A stretch of 64,000 bases of DNA, from positions 1,120,001 to 1,184,000 of the forward strand of contig CM000436.1 in the NCBI GenBank assembly GCA_000165345.1, read 5' to 3'. Position numbers and translations under genes: made by a program. The notes beneath the pieces are model-generated. The model was not told the DNA's origin. It worked only from the letters and a program-made list of their open reading frames with translations, and did not search any database. Below, piece after piece: positions 9,976 to 21,437 of this stretch (positions within the stretch are counted from its first letter, which is position 1; each line of letters begins with the position of its first letter).

Positions 9976-12336
9976 TTAATTAATATCATCAGTAATATCA
10001 TTCTCATTACTATTAGAGTTTTGGCTAATTGATCTCTTTGCTATATTGTTATTCATTGAAATACTCTTTGATTCATTATAAATTGACTTTGAGCTGCCAT
10101 CCTTATGGAAAGATCTGATACTTTCAATTCCACGGTTATTTTCACTCGAATCTATGGTTTTGTTTCCATTATCTAAACTTCCCGAACTTGGAGCATGTTG
10201 ATGATCTACATGATCCATATTAATATTTGATTTGGATGAATCTTCCAGGTTATTCCCGGTTGAAAAGTCCATAAGACTTCCAGCTCGTGTATTTTGTCTA
10301 TATGTCTTTTTATTCATTGATTTGATCATTTTAGTCAATTTCTGAATCTTTTCAGACATTATTTCATTCTCCCCCTCTAGAATACGATACTTTTCTTGCA
10401 TTTCTCTAAAATTGTTTTTAATTCTTTCATATTCTGATTCAGGTACATTTTTTTCTGGTGGACTAAGTAAATCAACTTGAATCTTTGGAATATACTGAGT
10501 ATTTGCCATAATTGAAGATTTTAATGAAGAATATTCAATTAATCCGCCATCATCCCCTCTTGATGAACTATTTAAACTTCCACTTACACTACTAATATTA
10601 CCAGATCCTTCAATATTTGTTGAGTTCTCAATAATTTCTTCAATCTTTCCTGCCATTTTACTTTTTGAATTACCAAATACTGAAGGTAATACTGATAATG
10701 GTGGTTGTTTAAAGTTTCCACCATCCCAAATTGGACTTTTTGCCAGATTTTTATTCATTTGATTACGAACTCTTAAAGGTTCAAAACCTAAATTTGCATT
10801 GCCAATATCCTCATATAGAAATTCAGATCTTGTCACAACAGAAAATTCTTCTTCTCTAAAAATATATTGAAGCTTATGAAGAAGTTCCTGTATAATTGCA
10901 TAATGTGTTGGAAGTGGGTGGCCTAGAGTATAAGCCTTCATTTGTTCTCCAAGAACTATACTTCTATGTTTTAAATAAGATGCTCTTGCTACAGCTTCAT
11001 CTACTTTCCATTGATTTTGAAGTTGTTGTATCCAAAATAATAAATTCTCAGCTTGATTATCTGGCATTCTCCAAGCTTCTTGTTGATATTGAAGCTTTGC
11101 TTGAACTAATTCCATTTGTCTAATTAATAGTTGAAAAACGTCCTGTTGTGAAAGTAATTCCTTAATTGTATTTAATTGTTTTGTTGACTTTTCTTGTTCT
11201 TCCCTATAATGGTCTAGAATTGACTTAATTTCATTCTTATACTTTCTATTTTCAATCAGTAATTCTTGACTTGAGGTCTTCAAATACTGAAGTCTTGTAA
11301 TCAACTTGGTTAATCCTGCATCGCCACTTTTATATGATGAAATATTATCTTGTAAATCTGTTAATTCATCCATTATCTCAAATTTCTCCATTAGTATTTG
11401 TTGATTAGATTTTTGTAATTGTGAAATCTTTTCATGTAACTGATTCTTTTCCTCAATAAGAAGCTCTTTTTCACTTCTAACATTACTTAAGTCTTCTCTA
11501 ACTTGAGTTAATTCTGCTGCTTTTTGTTCCACTGCTTCACTTGTTGCTTTTTCAGTGACAGTTAATGTACTTTGAAGCTTTTTAACTTGATTTTGAAGAC
11601 TTTCATTCTTAAATTTTAAACTTTTATTTTCATTTTCCATTTGCTTAAATTGATGTTTTAATTTATCTAATTGTTGCGATAATTGGTTTATATCTCTTCC
11701 TCTATAATATCCTCCAGCAACACTTGCAAACTCTCCTTTCATACTATGAGATACTCTAAAATTTTCTTCATCAAATTCTTGGTCAGAATTATCTACAACA
11801 TATCTCATTTGTCCATATTGTATTGATTGGTTCATTGCAATACACCATCTAGCTGAAACATTTGGTGAGCTTGCTGCAAATATTAAAGGATTTGATTCTA
11901 TCCCAAGAGAACTGTTATAATGTAAAAGAATAATTAAATGTACATCTTTTCCAATATTCTGACGTAGAATTGCCTCTTCTTCTCTTGTAATATATTCTCT
12001 CTGAAGTGCTGTAATTGAATCTATAGTGCTAATTACTGTATCGCATAATACATATACAACTTCTAATGTGGATCCATCTTTCTTACTTGTACCAAACATC
12101 ATTCCACCCTTTAAGTTAAAATAATATTGTTCCCAATTATCTTCTTCTAAACTAATATCACGTCCATATTGATTTCCTTTCAAGTTTAGTACATAGAGCC
12201 ATCCACAACATTCAGGATTTATAGAAGCAGATCTTGACAATGAGAGAAGAGATGAATCTTGGATTCGAATTTCTACTTTGTTTATTAGTTCAAATCCACT
12301 CTCTTTTGATTGGTTGTAATCATGTTTCTTAGTCAT
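9976..12336 (-). CDS. Hypothetical 786-aa protein. It has an N-terminal globular (PH-like?) region, a long central coiled coil and a Ser/Asn-rich C-terminus.
   Basis: Uninterrupted ORF. Heptad-rich central segment (LDKLKHQFKQMENENKSLKFKNESLQNQVKKLQSTL...). I recognise no specific family. Confidence 0.55.
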   Translation of the reverse strand: MTKKHDYNQSKESGFELINKVEIRIQDSSLLSLSRSASINPECCGWLYVLNLKGNQYGRDISLEEDNWEQYYFNLKGGMMFGTSKKDGSTLEVVYVLCDTVISTIDSITALQREYITREEEAILRQNIGKDVHLIILLHYNSSLGIESNPLIFAASSPNVSARWCIAMNQSIQYGQMRYVVDNSDQEFDEENFRVSHSMKGEFASVAGGYYRGRDINQLSQQLDKLKHQFKQMENENKSLKFKNESLQNQVKKLQSTLTVTEKATSEAVEQKAAELTQVREDLSNVRSEKELLIEEKNQLHEKISQLQKSNQQILMEKFEIMDELTDLQDNISSYKSGDAGLTKLITRLQYLKTSSQELLIENRKYKNEIKSILDHYREEQEKSTKQLNTIKELLSQQDVFQLLIRQMELVQAKLQYQQEAWRMPDNQAENLLFWIQQLQNQWKVDEAVARASYLKHRSIVLGEQMKAYTLGHPLPTHYAIIQELLHKLQYIFREEEFSVVTRSEFLYEDIGNANLGFEPLRVRNQMNKNLAKSPIWDGGNFKQPPLSVLPSVFGNSKSKMAGKIEEIIENSTNIEGSGNISSVSGSLNSSSRGDDGGLIEYSSLKSSIMANTQYIPKIQVDLLSPPEKNVPESEYERIKNNFREMQEKYRILEGENEIMSEKIQKLTKMIKSMNKKTYRQNTRAGSLMDFSTGNNLEDSSKSNINMDHVDHQHAPSSGSLDNGNKTIDSSENNRGIESIRSFHKDGSSKSIYNESKSISMNNNIAKRSISQNSNSNENDITDDIN

Positions 12337-12376
12337 TTTTCTCTATTCTTTGAAAAATTAAGATTGATATGGAAGT

Positions 12377-12435
12377 ATATTATATATATATATATATATA
12401 TGTATATTATATATATATATATATATAATATATTT
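12377..12435. repeat. (TA)n microsatellite
   Basis: Read directly. Confidence 0.7.
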
Positions 12436-13276
12436 AATAATTATATAATAGAAACAATAATTAAATGATTTGCAATAGCAATAATAATATTTATTGAAGC
12501 TTCTTTGATTCTTTGCTTAAATATAATATTGTGAGCTCTTCTGATTGTATTGAAATCGAATCATAATACTTATTAATTTAGGATCTAAAAATATCTGGAT
12601 AAATTAAATTATATTGCGTAAAGAAACTTTTGATTTTATAAATTTTAAGTAGAGATTCAAGTAGTAATATTTAAGGCTTGAGTTAATTTTAATTTCAGTC
12701 ACTGAACTAATTTTTATTAAGAATATTTTGAATTTTAATTTTTGATTACATGAATTAATATTTTGACTGCCTCAACTTTTCCCGCCTTTTAAATTAATAT
12801 TTAAAATAATATTTTTGTTCTAATATAAAATGGCCACTAAGTATTGTCTAAGTCTAAAAGGACATTAAAATAATTAAAAATGTGAAGAAAAAAAAATCTA
12901 AGAGAATTTGAGAGTAAAGGAATAAAATATAAGCTAAATAAGTATGATAAATCTAAGTTGCAAGAACTAAAATGAGTAAATTTGTTAGATATTGAATATA
13001 GAAAATAATAAATATTATTTAAAAAAAAAAAAAAATGTGTGCATTTTGTGTGCGCACAAAATAACTTAATAATCAATAATATTCATTTAGTAAAAAAACT
13101 TAACTTGAAAATATGGAACGATATTTTTAAACTAAATTAGAACTTCTCCTCTTTTTGGTATAATAATTTTAATAACACTATAAACAAAAAATAAAAGTTA
13201 AATCTTCCTCTTTTTTTTTTTTTTTTGTTAGAGAATTAATTTAAATGTATATAAATTAATATAAATCAAACTAATA

Positions 13277-14581
13277 ATGGTAATTAATGAAAAAGGAAAA
13301 AAAGAAAACAATAATGAAATATCACCTAAACATAAATTATCAGATCTTTGTTTATTGGATTTATCAAGGGAAACATCATCTCTTCAATTACCAAATGCAT
13401 TTAGTAAATTAATGTCAATTAGTAAACAGTTACAAAATGAATTAAAGCTAACAAGAAAAGAAAGAGATGATGCCTACAACTCTTTAATTCTACAGAGGGA
13501 TTACTATGAACAGTCAGTGGGGTGTCCAATGAATAATGATAATGGTAGAAATGAAATAGTAAGTTAAAAATTTTTATATTTACCTATTTATAATTGAATC
13601 AATGAATTTGAACTAAAATATTTGAATTTGAATTAATTTTAGTTAGAAAAGTTGCTTAATGATACAGCTAATATTGAATATAGGGCAGAATTGAATAATT
13701 TAAAGAGAGAATATGAAAGAAAGGTAAGTAATTCAATAAGGAGACAGAAAATATTGCAATAATGATTAAACCTTATGTTTTTGAATAATAATATTGATAA
13801 TTTTTCTGTCATTATTCCTTGTTTATTTATTATTTTTTTTATATATAACTTTGATAACTATTGATTAATAAATAAATAATTAATCATTACTTTAGATTTT
13901 TGAAATGGAAAAGGAATTTGAAGAAGAAAGTAAGACATTAAAAACACAAATTTTGAAGGATGTAGAGATTTACTTGGCTAAATATAGAGATTTAGCAATG
14001 TTAGCAACAGAAGAAGCAAAAAGACAGCAAAAAAAGGCAGAATTAATAAAGTTAAAAACAAGAGAATTAACAGAAATAACATGTAAATCTTTTGAAGAAA
14101 AGCTACGTAGTAAAATGCAAGAAGATTTGAAGAAATACGAGGAGGCTACTCAATCAGCATATTCAAAAATGATTTTGAAGGAAAAATCTATGAATATTAA
14201 ATGGAATGAAAGGGAAAAGTTTATTGAAAGAGAAAAGAAGGATTTCGAAAAATCGATATTAAAGCAAGCAGAAAAAAGAATTGAAGAATTTAGAAGAGGG
14301 TTAATGACAACTCAAGCACAATTAAATAAAGAAAGAGAAATATTCGAAGATATGATGGGAAATTTGAGGGAAAGGGTAAGTTATAAATTAATTATGAATA
14401 TTAAAATATTTTTTTTTTTCATTTTAAAATTATACCAATTTATTAGATTTCCTCTGAATGTGCTGAATTTGAAAAAGAAATGTATCATAGGTTTGCTGTT
14501 ACATTCAGTTTGGATGAAAATGAAGTCTCAAGAAGAATGCAAAATTATAATGATGCATTAGAAAAGAAAGGTATTAATTAA
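13277..14581 (+). CDS. Four-exon gene encoding a coiled-coil protein of about 325 aa (hypothetical)
   Basis: Exons 13277-13558, 13643-13723, 13896-14375 and 14447-14581. Each intron starts GTAAGT (13559, 13724, 14376) and ends TTTTAG/CTTTAG/TATTAG. Reading frame is maintained across all junctions (...NEIV|LEKLLNDTANIEYRAELNNLKREYERK|IFEMEKEFEE...GNLRER|ISSECAEFEKEMYHRF...EKKGIN*). The ORF track shows only two fragments. Confidence 0.5.
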
Positions 14582-15114
14582 TTAAGATATTTATTATAGA
14601 AATTTATAGTTTAATTATTTATATATTCAACAAAAAATTGTAAAAATTTTTTCTAATCATTTTCTTTTGTCAATTCTATTCAATATTACGTCATTATTAC
14701 GTCATTGTAACGCCAGAGATATTATTTAATTAAAAAAAAAATTCGTGTGAATTGCATGTAAATTTGTTTATTACAATAAATAACCTTATAATAAATAGGT
14801 GAGGGGCCAAAAAGTTACCGCCAAAACATTGTCTTATTAATGGTCAAATTAATAATTACCAGAAATTAAAAGCAAATCAAATCTAATCAGATTTATAAAA
14901 AATTGTAAAGTTTGATTCTAAAATTTTTTTTGTTTGAAGTAAAATTTAAAGATTAAAAAAATAACAATTGAACTATTTTATTTTTTTATCTCCAAACAAA
15001 CATATTCATAAAATTAAACAGAATTTTTCCCAGAATATTACACAAAAAATATTTAATCTATTATTAATATCATAATCAATTAAGCTTTTTGAATTTAAAT
15101 TAAATTAAAAAAAA

Positions 15115-15600
15115 ATGGGGTTTCCAGTATTTTCAGGAATAACATTAATGATACTATTAATGGGACCATATTATTTAATGTATAATATCTCAAGTGTTTT
15201 TGAAACAACAGGAACAAATCCATTGTTATTTACTTCAATATCTTACTCTGTATCGGGTTGTTTTTTGAAATCATTACTTTTAGCTTCAATCCCTATTCCA
15301 TCTCAAAGCACTATGGAATATTTGAGTATTATTACTAAAGTTATTTATTTATTTTTCATTAGGTTAATTTTACAAAGCAAAAATGCAAAAAATCACGAAG
15401 TACATGTAAGAATAAATGTTGGTATACTAGGATGGTGTATTGCACATACTGCTCTAACTTATTTTATTCCTCTTGCTACTGATACGTCATTAAGTTCAGA
15501 TTTCTCATTGGATTATGTTAGATTAATATTATCTTCATATTCAGCATCACTTTCTACATATACATGTTTCNTATTGTATGTACATGTTAACGAAGCCTAA
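15115..15600 (+). CDS. TMEM147-like small multipass membrane protein
   Basis: VHVRINVGILGWCIAHTAL and the C-terminal LSTYTCFxLYVHVNEA align with human TMEM147 (YKIMVAALGWATAELIMSR ... LSTLALYVAVVNVHS). Several hydrophobic helices. One N base near the 3' end. Confidence 0.5.
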   Translation: MGFPVFSGITLMILLMGPYYLMYNISSVFETTGTNPLLFTSISYSVSGCFLKSLLLASIPIPSQSTMEYLSIITKVIYLFFIRLILQSKNAKNHEVHVRINVGILGWCIAHTALTYFIPLATDTSLSSDFSLDYVRLILSSYSASLSTYTCFXLYVHVNEA

Positions 15601-16174
15601 TGCTTTATGACCTATAATGTGCAACAATAACTGCAATAAGTAGCTGCTGCTGGATTCAGCCCTTTACATTGGGACTATAAAGCATGGAAGGCATAAATAA
15701 TATCGCTCCTTTTATTAATCATCCAATATCTAGCTTTATTGGCATACTATATCAACTTGAACTTTAATCGAAAGAGAGAAACAATTTCTAACAATAAAAA
15801 AGAATAATTCTAGTTATATAACAATTATTTCTATTTTACTTTATTTTATTTTATTTTTCTCCCATTATTTTTCTTCTTTGTATATTATTTATATTATTTA
15901 TAACACGTAATATATTGTTTTGTTAAACTATTTTGATAATTTACACAAATCAACCTTGAAACTTTGCATATTTCAAAATTTTCTAGTTGTTCATCGACCA
16001 AAATTTAATCACTAAATTATGAAATTCTTATTATTTATTCGAATTCCCCTCATTTTGTTTTCAATTAGTAGAAAACTTAAAGATAATACTAAATTAATAT
16101 GAACATGTAATTTATTCCCAAAAATTAAAATATAAATTATTATTATTATTATTACCTCTCCTCATGCATGCAAT

Positions 16175-17617
16175 TCACACGTAATAATTGACTCTAAACT
16201 CTTTAGAACTAATATCATCACTAGGAAGAGGATCAATAATATGATTTCTTGAAAATCCAACAAAGAACCAAATTATATTTGAAGTTAAAAATAATAAAAA
16301 GAATATTCCAATACTACATGGAATAGAAACAGCAGGATCTGCAAAGTTAATAGCTGAGTAAATAAAGCCAAGATCATCTTGAGATTGTGGATTTGGAAGC
16401 TTAAGAATAAAGTAAACAATTGTAAAAATCAGGTATATTAAGCAATAAAGGAATGAATAGAATGCTTGAGAGATAAAAAATGGTATTGTAGTAAAATAAG
16501 TATCTAGTGAAAGTAAAATTGCTGTTAAACCATGTTTATTAAAAGTTAAGAAAGAGAAACCATCAACTCCAACAGGTGATATTATACTCATTGACCAATA
16601 AACAATGGAAACAATGAAAGATGCTGGTAATGCAATTGCATGAAATACCCACATAAGTCTAATTAATAATGGTAAATTAATATTTGTTGTAGTATTATCC
16701 ATTCTTTGGTTAATTTCATCAGCAAAATGTGGTCTGTCTGTTTCTTTGCAATATTTTATAATAAACATATGAGATTTTAAATGATTGTAATATCTTACAA
16801 AAATATTTCTTGTCTTTCTGGGTATAATATATTCATTATTTCTTTCAGTATTATTTTTTATTGCATTCTTATTTAAATTTTCAGGCGATTCAAAAGCTGT
16901 CGAAATTGAAACAATACTTGCATGACCATAAGAAGCTTCTTTATTTTTATTACTATTATTATTTTCAAGATTTAAATCAACCATTTGAATTTCGTTTAAT
17001 TGTGCATTTTTTGGACTACTTGAGTATCCATTAGTTGTATGATCTGATACAACAACTTGTTCATTATGTTTTGAAGGGTTAATATGTTCAAATTTTCGAT
17101 CTAAAATATTTAATATGGAACCACGTGGTCTAGAATTGACATTTTGATGACCAATAATATCATCATCAAGTTTTAAATGAATTCTTCCACCAATTGATGG
17201 ACTATTAGTCATTTTCAAAGACTTTATATACTTTTTTCTACCAAAAGAGTTATTTGCATATGAATATATAGTTGAAGTTGTTGCAAAAAAATAGTAAATA
17301 ATTGTTATAGCATAAGTCCAATTTGTAACATATACACCCCAGTACATAGCATATCCTAACTTATAATAATTAGATACATCCAATCCAAGCATAATAAGTA
17401 GATATAGAAAAACAGATAGTCTAAGGTAAATCAAAAACCATTGTGGAATAATCCAAGAACAGTTAAAGTGATTAGTTTGTTCAAATTCATCAAAAGTGAA
17501 TGTGATTCTATTAATAGCTCTACTTAATTTATACTCCCATATAAATCTATGTAAAATTAATTTCCATCCTCTTTTAATATTTTCTGAAACATTCACCATT
17601 TTTTTTTTTGTTTTCAA
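16175..17617 (-). CDS. Multipass membrane protein with a large hydrophilic N/S-rich insertion. It may be FAR-17a/AIG1/Rolling-stone-like; I cannot firmly assign a family.
   Basis: About 6-8 predicted hydrophobic helices at both ends of the 480-aa ORF. The central approx. 200 aa are low complexity. Confidence 0.45.
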   Translation of the reverse strand: MKTKKKMVNVSENIKRGWKLILHRFIWEYKLSRAINRITFTFDEFEQTNHFNCSWIIPQWFLIYLRLSVFLYLLIMLGLDVSNYYKLGYAMYWGVYVTNWTYAITIIYYFFATTSTIYSYANNSFGRKKYIKSLKMTNSPSIGGRIHLKLDDDIIGHQNVNSRPRGSILNILDRKFEHINPSKHNEQVVVSDHTTNGYSSSPKNAQLNEIQMVDLNLENNNSNKNKEASYGHASIVSISTAFESPENLNKNAIKNNTERNNEYIIPRKTRNIFVRYYNHLKSHMFIIKYCKETDRPHFADEINQRMDNTTTNINLPLLIRLMWVFHAIALPASFIVSIVYWSMSIISPVGVDGFSFLTFNKHGLTAILLSLDTYFTTIPFFISQAFYSFLYCLIYLIFTIVYFILKLPNPQSQDDLGFIYSAINFADPAVSIPCSIGIFFLLFLTSNIIWFFVGFSRNHIIDPLPSDDISSKEFRVNYYV

Positions 17618-18926
17618 TTCAAATTATATATTACGACACTTCCTTGCTGAATACAATATCTTATTTAATATTTACTATAAGTTATATTTTATCTTACTTT
17701 TCACACAGTATCAATTAAGATCTTCTTAAACTTTAATTCTGTATTAGTAATAATTGATTTAGTATTATTTCAAATTAGTTTTCTTTTTAAACTGTTTTTA
17801 CAGTTTAATAATAAAAGAGATCTTAATTAATGAATTGTGGAATTCTAATTACGATAATGTATCTACAACGGAACTCTGAAATGAGATATTTCCTGGTACT
17901 TTTTATTTTTAATTACATACAGTATTGTCGAGGGTGATCAATGTACACTTAAATATTTTTACCTTTAAAATTCAAAGTAATACAAACCTAATTTTTTTTA
18001 ATTAGATCTGAGGACACTCAAAAACTTGTTCATTCCATCAAAAAGAAATGTAATAGTAATCAAATAGTATATTTAAATACTCATTTGATTACTTCTAATC
18101 GGTTCTCTTTTCTATTATTATATTAATCTAATTAATACTTCACACTTTCAATTATTTACCACCTCGATATTTACCGCCAATTCCCCCCTTAATTTTTACA
18201 CCCTTGAAATTAATATTGAATTTAATCACATTGGCGCCAAATTTTCCAAATTGTTATTGTGGACAATTATTAACAGATAAAATAGAAAATAATTGTGGGG
18301 AAATGGGTAAATGATAGTATAAATAATAAAACTATTACAGCTAAAAACTTGTTACAATTTATTTGCTTGATTTTTTTTTGTCATCTTTCTTTATGAATAG
18401 TTAATGCAAATATCTTTTTGAAATATTCATAAGTTCTATTATTATTATTTTTTTTTTTAAGAATATGGAATTAAAACTAATGGGTGCAGTTGCATGCACT
18501 AAATTTATTTCAATAATTTCTCAATTAGATTTTATTTGTAAATTATTGGATAGTTTTATGAATAGTTTAGTTATTCATTAATTTAATGATTAATTAAATA
18601 GTATAAAAGCTTTTAATTATTGAATAATTTTGTTGTTTTATATGAGAAAAAAAATTGCTGTATTTGATCTTTAGTGGCGTATAATGTCTTTGTGAAAATG
18701 TTAATAAGTGATTATTTGAAAATAATTGAAAAAATAAACTTAGAAAAATTTTAATAAAAAGTTGAGTAATTGATATTTTCTTCTAGTATGAATGTATGTT
18801 ATAAGCTCATTTAAGTAAAATATATTAGGGTAAAAAGTGAGTATTGGTCAATTTTAATATTTTCCTTTTTAAGATTAAATAAAATATATTAATAAGAAGG
18901 AAAAAAAAATTTAAATCAAAAGAAAG

Positions 18927-20510
18927 ATGTCGGTAACATCAAGGACCAATACTTTATTTACTTTACCATTACCAGGAGCTTCACAATATACAAGAACTGG
19001 CAGTCTTAATACAGTGGTTGATAATTCAGAATTAGAAAATAATAATTTGGATATAATTAAAGAACATAATGCAAAAAGAGTATTTAATGTTGTAAGACCA
19101 AATAAAAAAATTGAACAACCAGAAATCAAAAAAATTGAACCAGAAAGTAAAAAAGAAATATTATGTCAAAAAAAAAACAAAAATGTGAATTACCATGAAT
19201 TGGAAGTTCAATTAATGATGAAGGATAGAATGATAGAAGAGTTATTAGAAGAGAATGGAAAATTAATTGAAAGTATGAATAAGATAGAACAAGATAAGAT
19301 AGATGAAACAAATAGAATACAACAAGGAACAGAAATGATATTACAACAAGTAGTAGAAGATAATGAATGGTATAAAGCACAATTTTTGGAGATGAAGAAT
19401 GAATTAGAAAAGGCAATATCTCAAACAAGAAACAAAGGAAGAGAAATAGCAACATTAGAGAAACGATGTAAAAATTTAATAGAAGAAAAAGAAACAATAC
19501 AAAATTTCTTGGATGAATTGACTGTACAATATGATGAGAGAATTTATCAATTACAGAAACACAATCAAAATATATGTAATATAAGTCAGTTAATGAAGAA
19601 ATATCTTGGATATGGTAAAAAAGTGAGAAGACATAAGGGAAAACAACAAGATGGTTCAAATTGTTCAATAAGTGAAATAATAAAGAAAATTAAAGAAATA
19701 TTAAATGTTGAACATAATTTTTCAGAAATTAAGTATTTAGTAGACCAGATAGAATTAAATGCGTTAAACTTTGAAACAGAAATTGAAGAATTAATTAATA
19801 AATTTAACTTTAAAAATTATAATAATCAACATTTGGATGAAAATATTAATGATCAAGTTGATTTTAATGATCATAATCAGCCAGTAATAGATAAACAAGA
19901 TGATTTAATGTTAAATAATGATTATCAGAAAATAAATAATGAATTAGAAAGTGCAAAAAATGAAATTGAACAATTAAAATTTGAAATTACAAGAAAAGCT
20001 GAAATAATTGAAGAATTGAAGAAAGTGAATAAAAATGATAAATTAGAAATTCTAGATAATATTGATAATACAAAGGAAAATTCAAAAATTAAATCATTGG
20101 AAGAAAAGATTAGTATTCTAGAGAAAGAAAAGCATGAATTAATTAAAAAAATTGCAAACATGAATCGAAGTAATATAAATAAACATAATATTAATAATGA
20201 ATATATTAATAGAAAATTATTAGTAATTACAGAAGAAGAATTTTCTTCAAATATGAATATAAATGGAAATAAAGAAATTGATAATCACGATGAAGAAAAG
20301 ATTTCAATAGATCAAAGTTTAAATATAAAAAATTCTATCAAAGATTTTGATAAAGATGAAAAGAATGAATTAAATAATAATGAGCTAGTACAAACAGTTT
20401 CAGTTTCTGATATTATTGATAAATATATAAAATATCCAATAGATTATAATAATGGAAAAAAACAGATTATACAAAAAAACTCTATTCAAAGAAATAGATA
20501 TTATAAATAA
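18927..20510 (+). CDS. Hypothetical 527-aa coiled-coil protein
   Basis: Uninterrupted ORF. K/E/N-rich heptad repeats throughout. No recognisable catalytic motif. Confidence 0.5.
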   Translation: MSVTSRTNTLFTLPLPGASQYTRTGSLNTVVDNSELENNNLDIIKEHNAKRVFNVVRPNKKIEQPEIKKIEPESKKEILCQKKNKNVNYHELEVQLMMKDRMIEELLEENGKLIESMNKIEQDKIDETNRIQQGTEMILQQVVEDNEWYKAQFLEMKNELEKAISQTRNKGREIATLEKRCKNLIEEKETIQNFLDELTVQYDERIYQLQKHNQNICNISQLMKKYLGYGKKVRRHKGKQQDGSNCSISEIIKKIKEILNVEHNFSEIKYLVDQIELNALNFETEIEELINKFNFKNYNNQHLDENINDQVDFNDHNQPVIDKQDDLMLNNDYQKINNELESAKNEIEQLKFEITRKAEIIEELKKVNKNDKLEILDNIDNTKENSKIKSLEEKISILEKEKHELIKKIANMNRSNINKHNINNEYINRKLLVITEEEFSSNMNINGNKEIDNHDEEKISIDQSLNIKNSIKDFDKDEKNELNNNELVQTVSVSDIIDKYIKYPIDYNNGKKQIIQKNSIQRNRYYK

Positions 20511-20669
20511 TTTAGATAGGATTTAATTTGTTATTAATTTTGTATCTATACTTGTGGGGATATTCTTTCTCTCTTTTCATGCGCATTAATTAAATTATTT
20601 TTTCCAGGGTTTAAACTATTCAACCTGGCGCTCAATTTTGCATGCCCTCTTGAAATTAATATACATTTG

Positions 20670-20701
<32 letters not shown>

Positions 20702-20731
20702 TACAACAATAAATTCAAAATTTTAATTTAA

Positions 20732-21406
20732 ATGGCTGAAGTTATTGATATAGAGGAATTTTTAAATAGTATTGAAAGAAGAATACAAAAATGTGAAAAT
20801 ATTATTTCTTCAAAAAAAGAAGATTTTAGAAATAATTATGATCAAGGGGTTTCAAATAAATCAAAGGAGAATAATTCATTAACTCCTACTATTCAAAATA
20901 GGCTTGCAGTTGGTCAAAATAGTTTAATGGCTAATTTAGAAAATGAAATTCAAGAGCTTGATAAAGTTAAAGATGATCAAAGCTACTCCATTAATTATAA
21001 GTTAGATTGTATTGAATCAATAATTAAAAAAATATTTAGTTTAGGACCTTTGGAAAATTGGTTATCTACTTATGAAACAATTAAAGCTTATTTAGAAATG
21101 GACTCTGCAGATTTTGAATCATCTGTATTAACTTTAGATTTAAGAAAAGCTTACATCATGGAACATTTTGATGAATTTAATACAATGAAGTCTCAATTAA
21201 TTGAGTTAGAAAATTTGTTACCATTTTTAAATCAAGAAATAGATATTCAAAGTATTAATGATACTGGGAAAAGATTGAAGGATTTGGAAAATAGATCTAA
21301 AAGAATCAGTAATGAAACAAAGTTATTATGGGAAAATCTTGAAAAATTAGTATTTTCATATTCAAATTTCGTCTATAAATATAATATTTTAACTTTAAAT
21401 CAATAA
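20732..21406 (+). CDS. Hypothetical 224-aa helical protein
   Basis: Uninterrupted ORF. Coding-like composition compared with the flanking AT-rich spacers. No family recognised. Confidence 0.45.
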   Translation: MAEVIDIEEFLNSIERRIQKCENIISSKKEDFRNNYDQGVSNKSKENNSLTPTIQNRLAVGQNSLMANLENEIQELDKVKDDQSYSINYKLDCIESIIKKIFSLGPLENWLSTYETIKAYLEMDSADFESSVLTLDLRKAYIMEHFDEFNTMKSQLIELENLLPFLNQEIDIQSINDTGKRLKDLENRSKRISNETKLLWENLEKLVFSYSNFVYKYNILTLNQ

Positions 21407-21437
21407 ATCAAATATTTATTCAAATTATATTATTTAA

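Noticed and set aside
10896-11123. Short antisense or alternate-frame ORFs inside long genes (examples: 10896-11123, 19126-19668, 26452-26773, 28350-28799, 29400-29766, 31275-31574, 37755-38044, 47590-47910, 50319-50504, 51537-51764, 52220-52669, 58510-58815, 59136-59327)
   Set aside because: Each is nested within a much longer ORF with clear homology or coding character on the same or the opposite strand. There is no independent support.
12837-13076. ORFs in AT-rich spacers (12837-13076, 17496-17729, 23790-23999, 32496-32720, 32829-33047, 33901-34116, 34126-34329, 39454-39642)
   Set aside because: Low-complexity AT-rich spacer sequence. Several overlap promoter motifs or the 5' ends of real genes in other frames.
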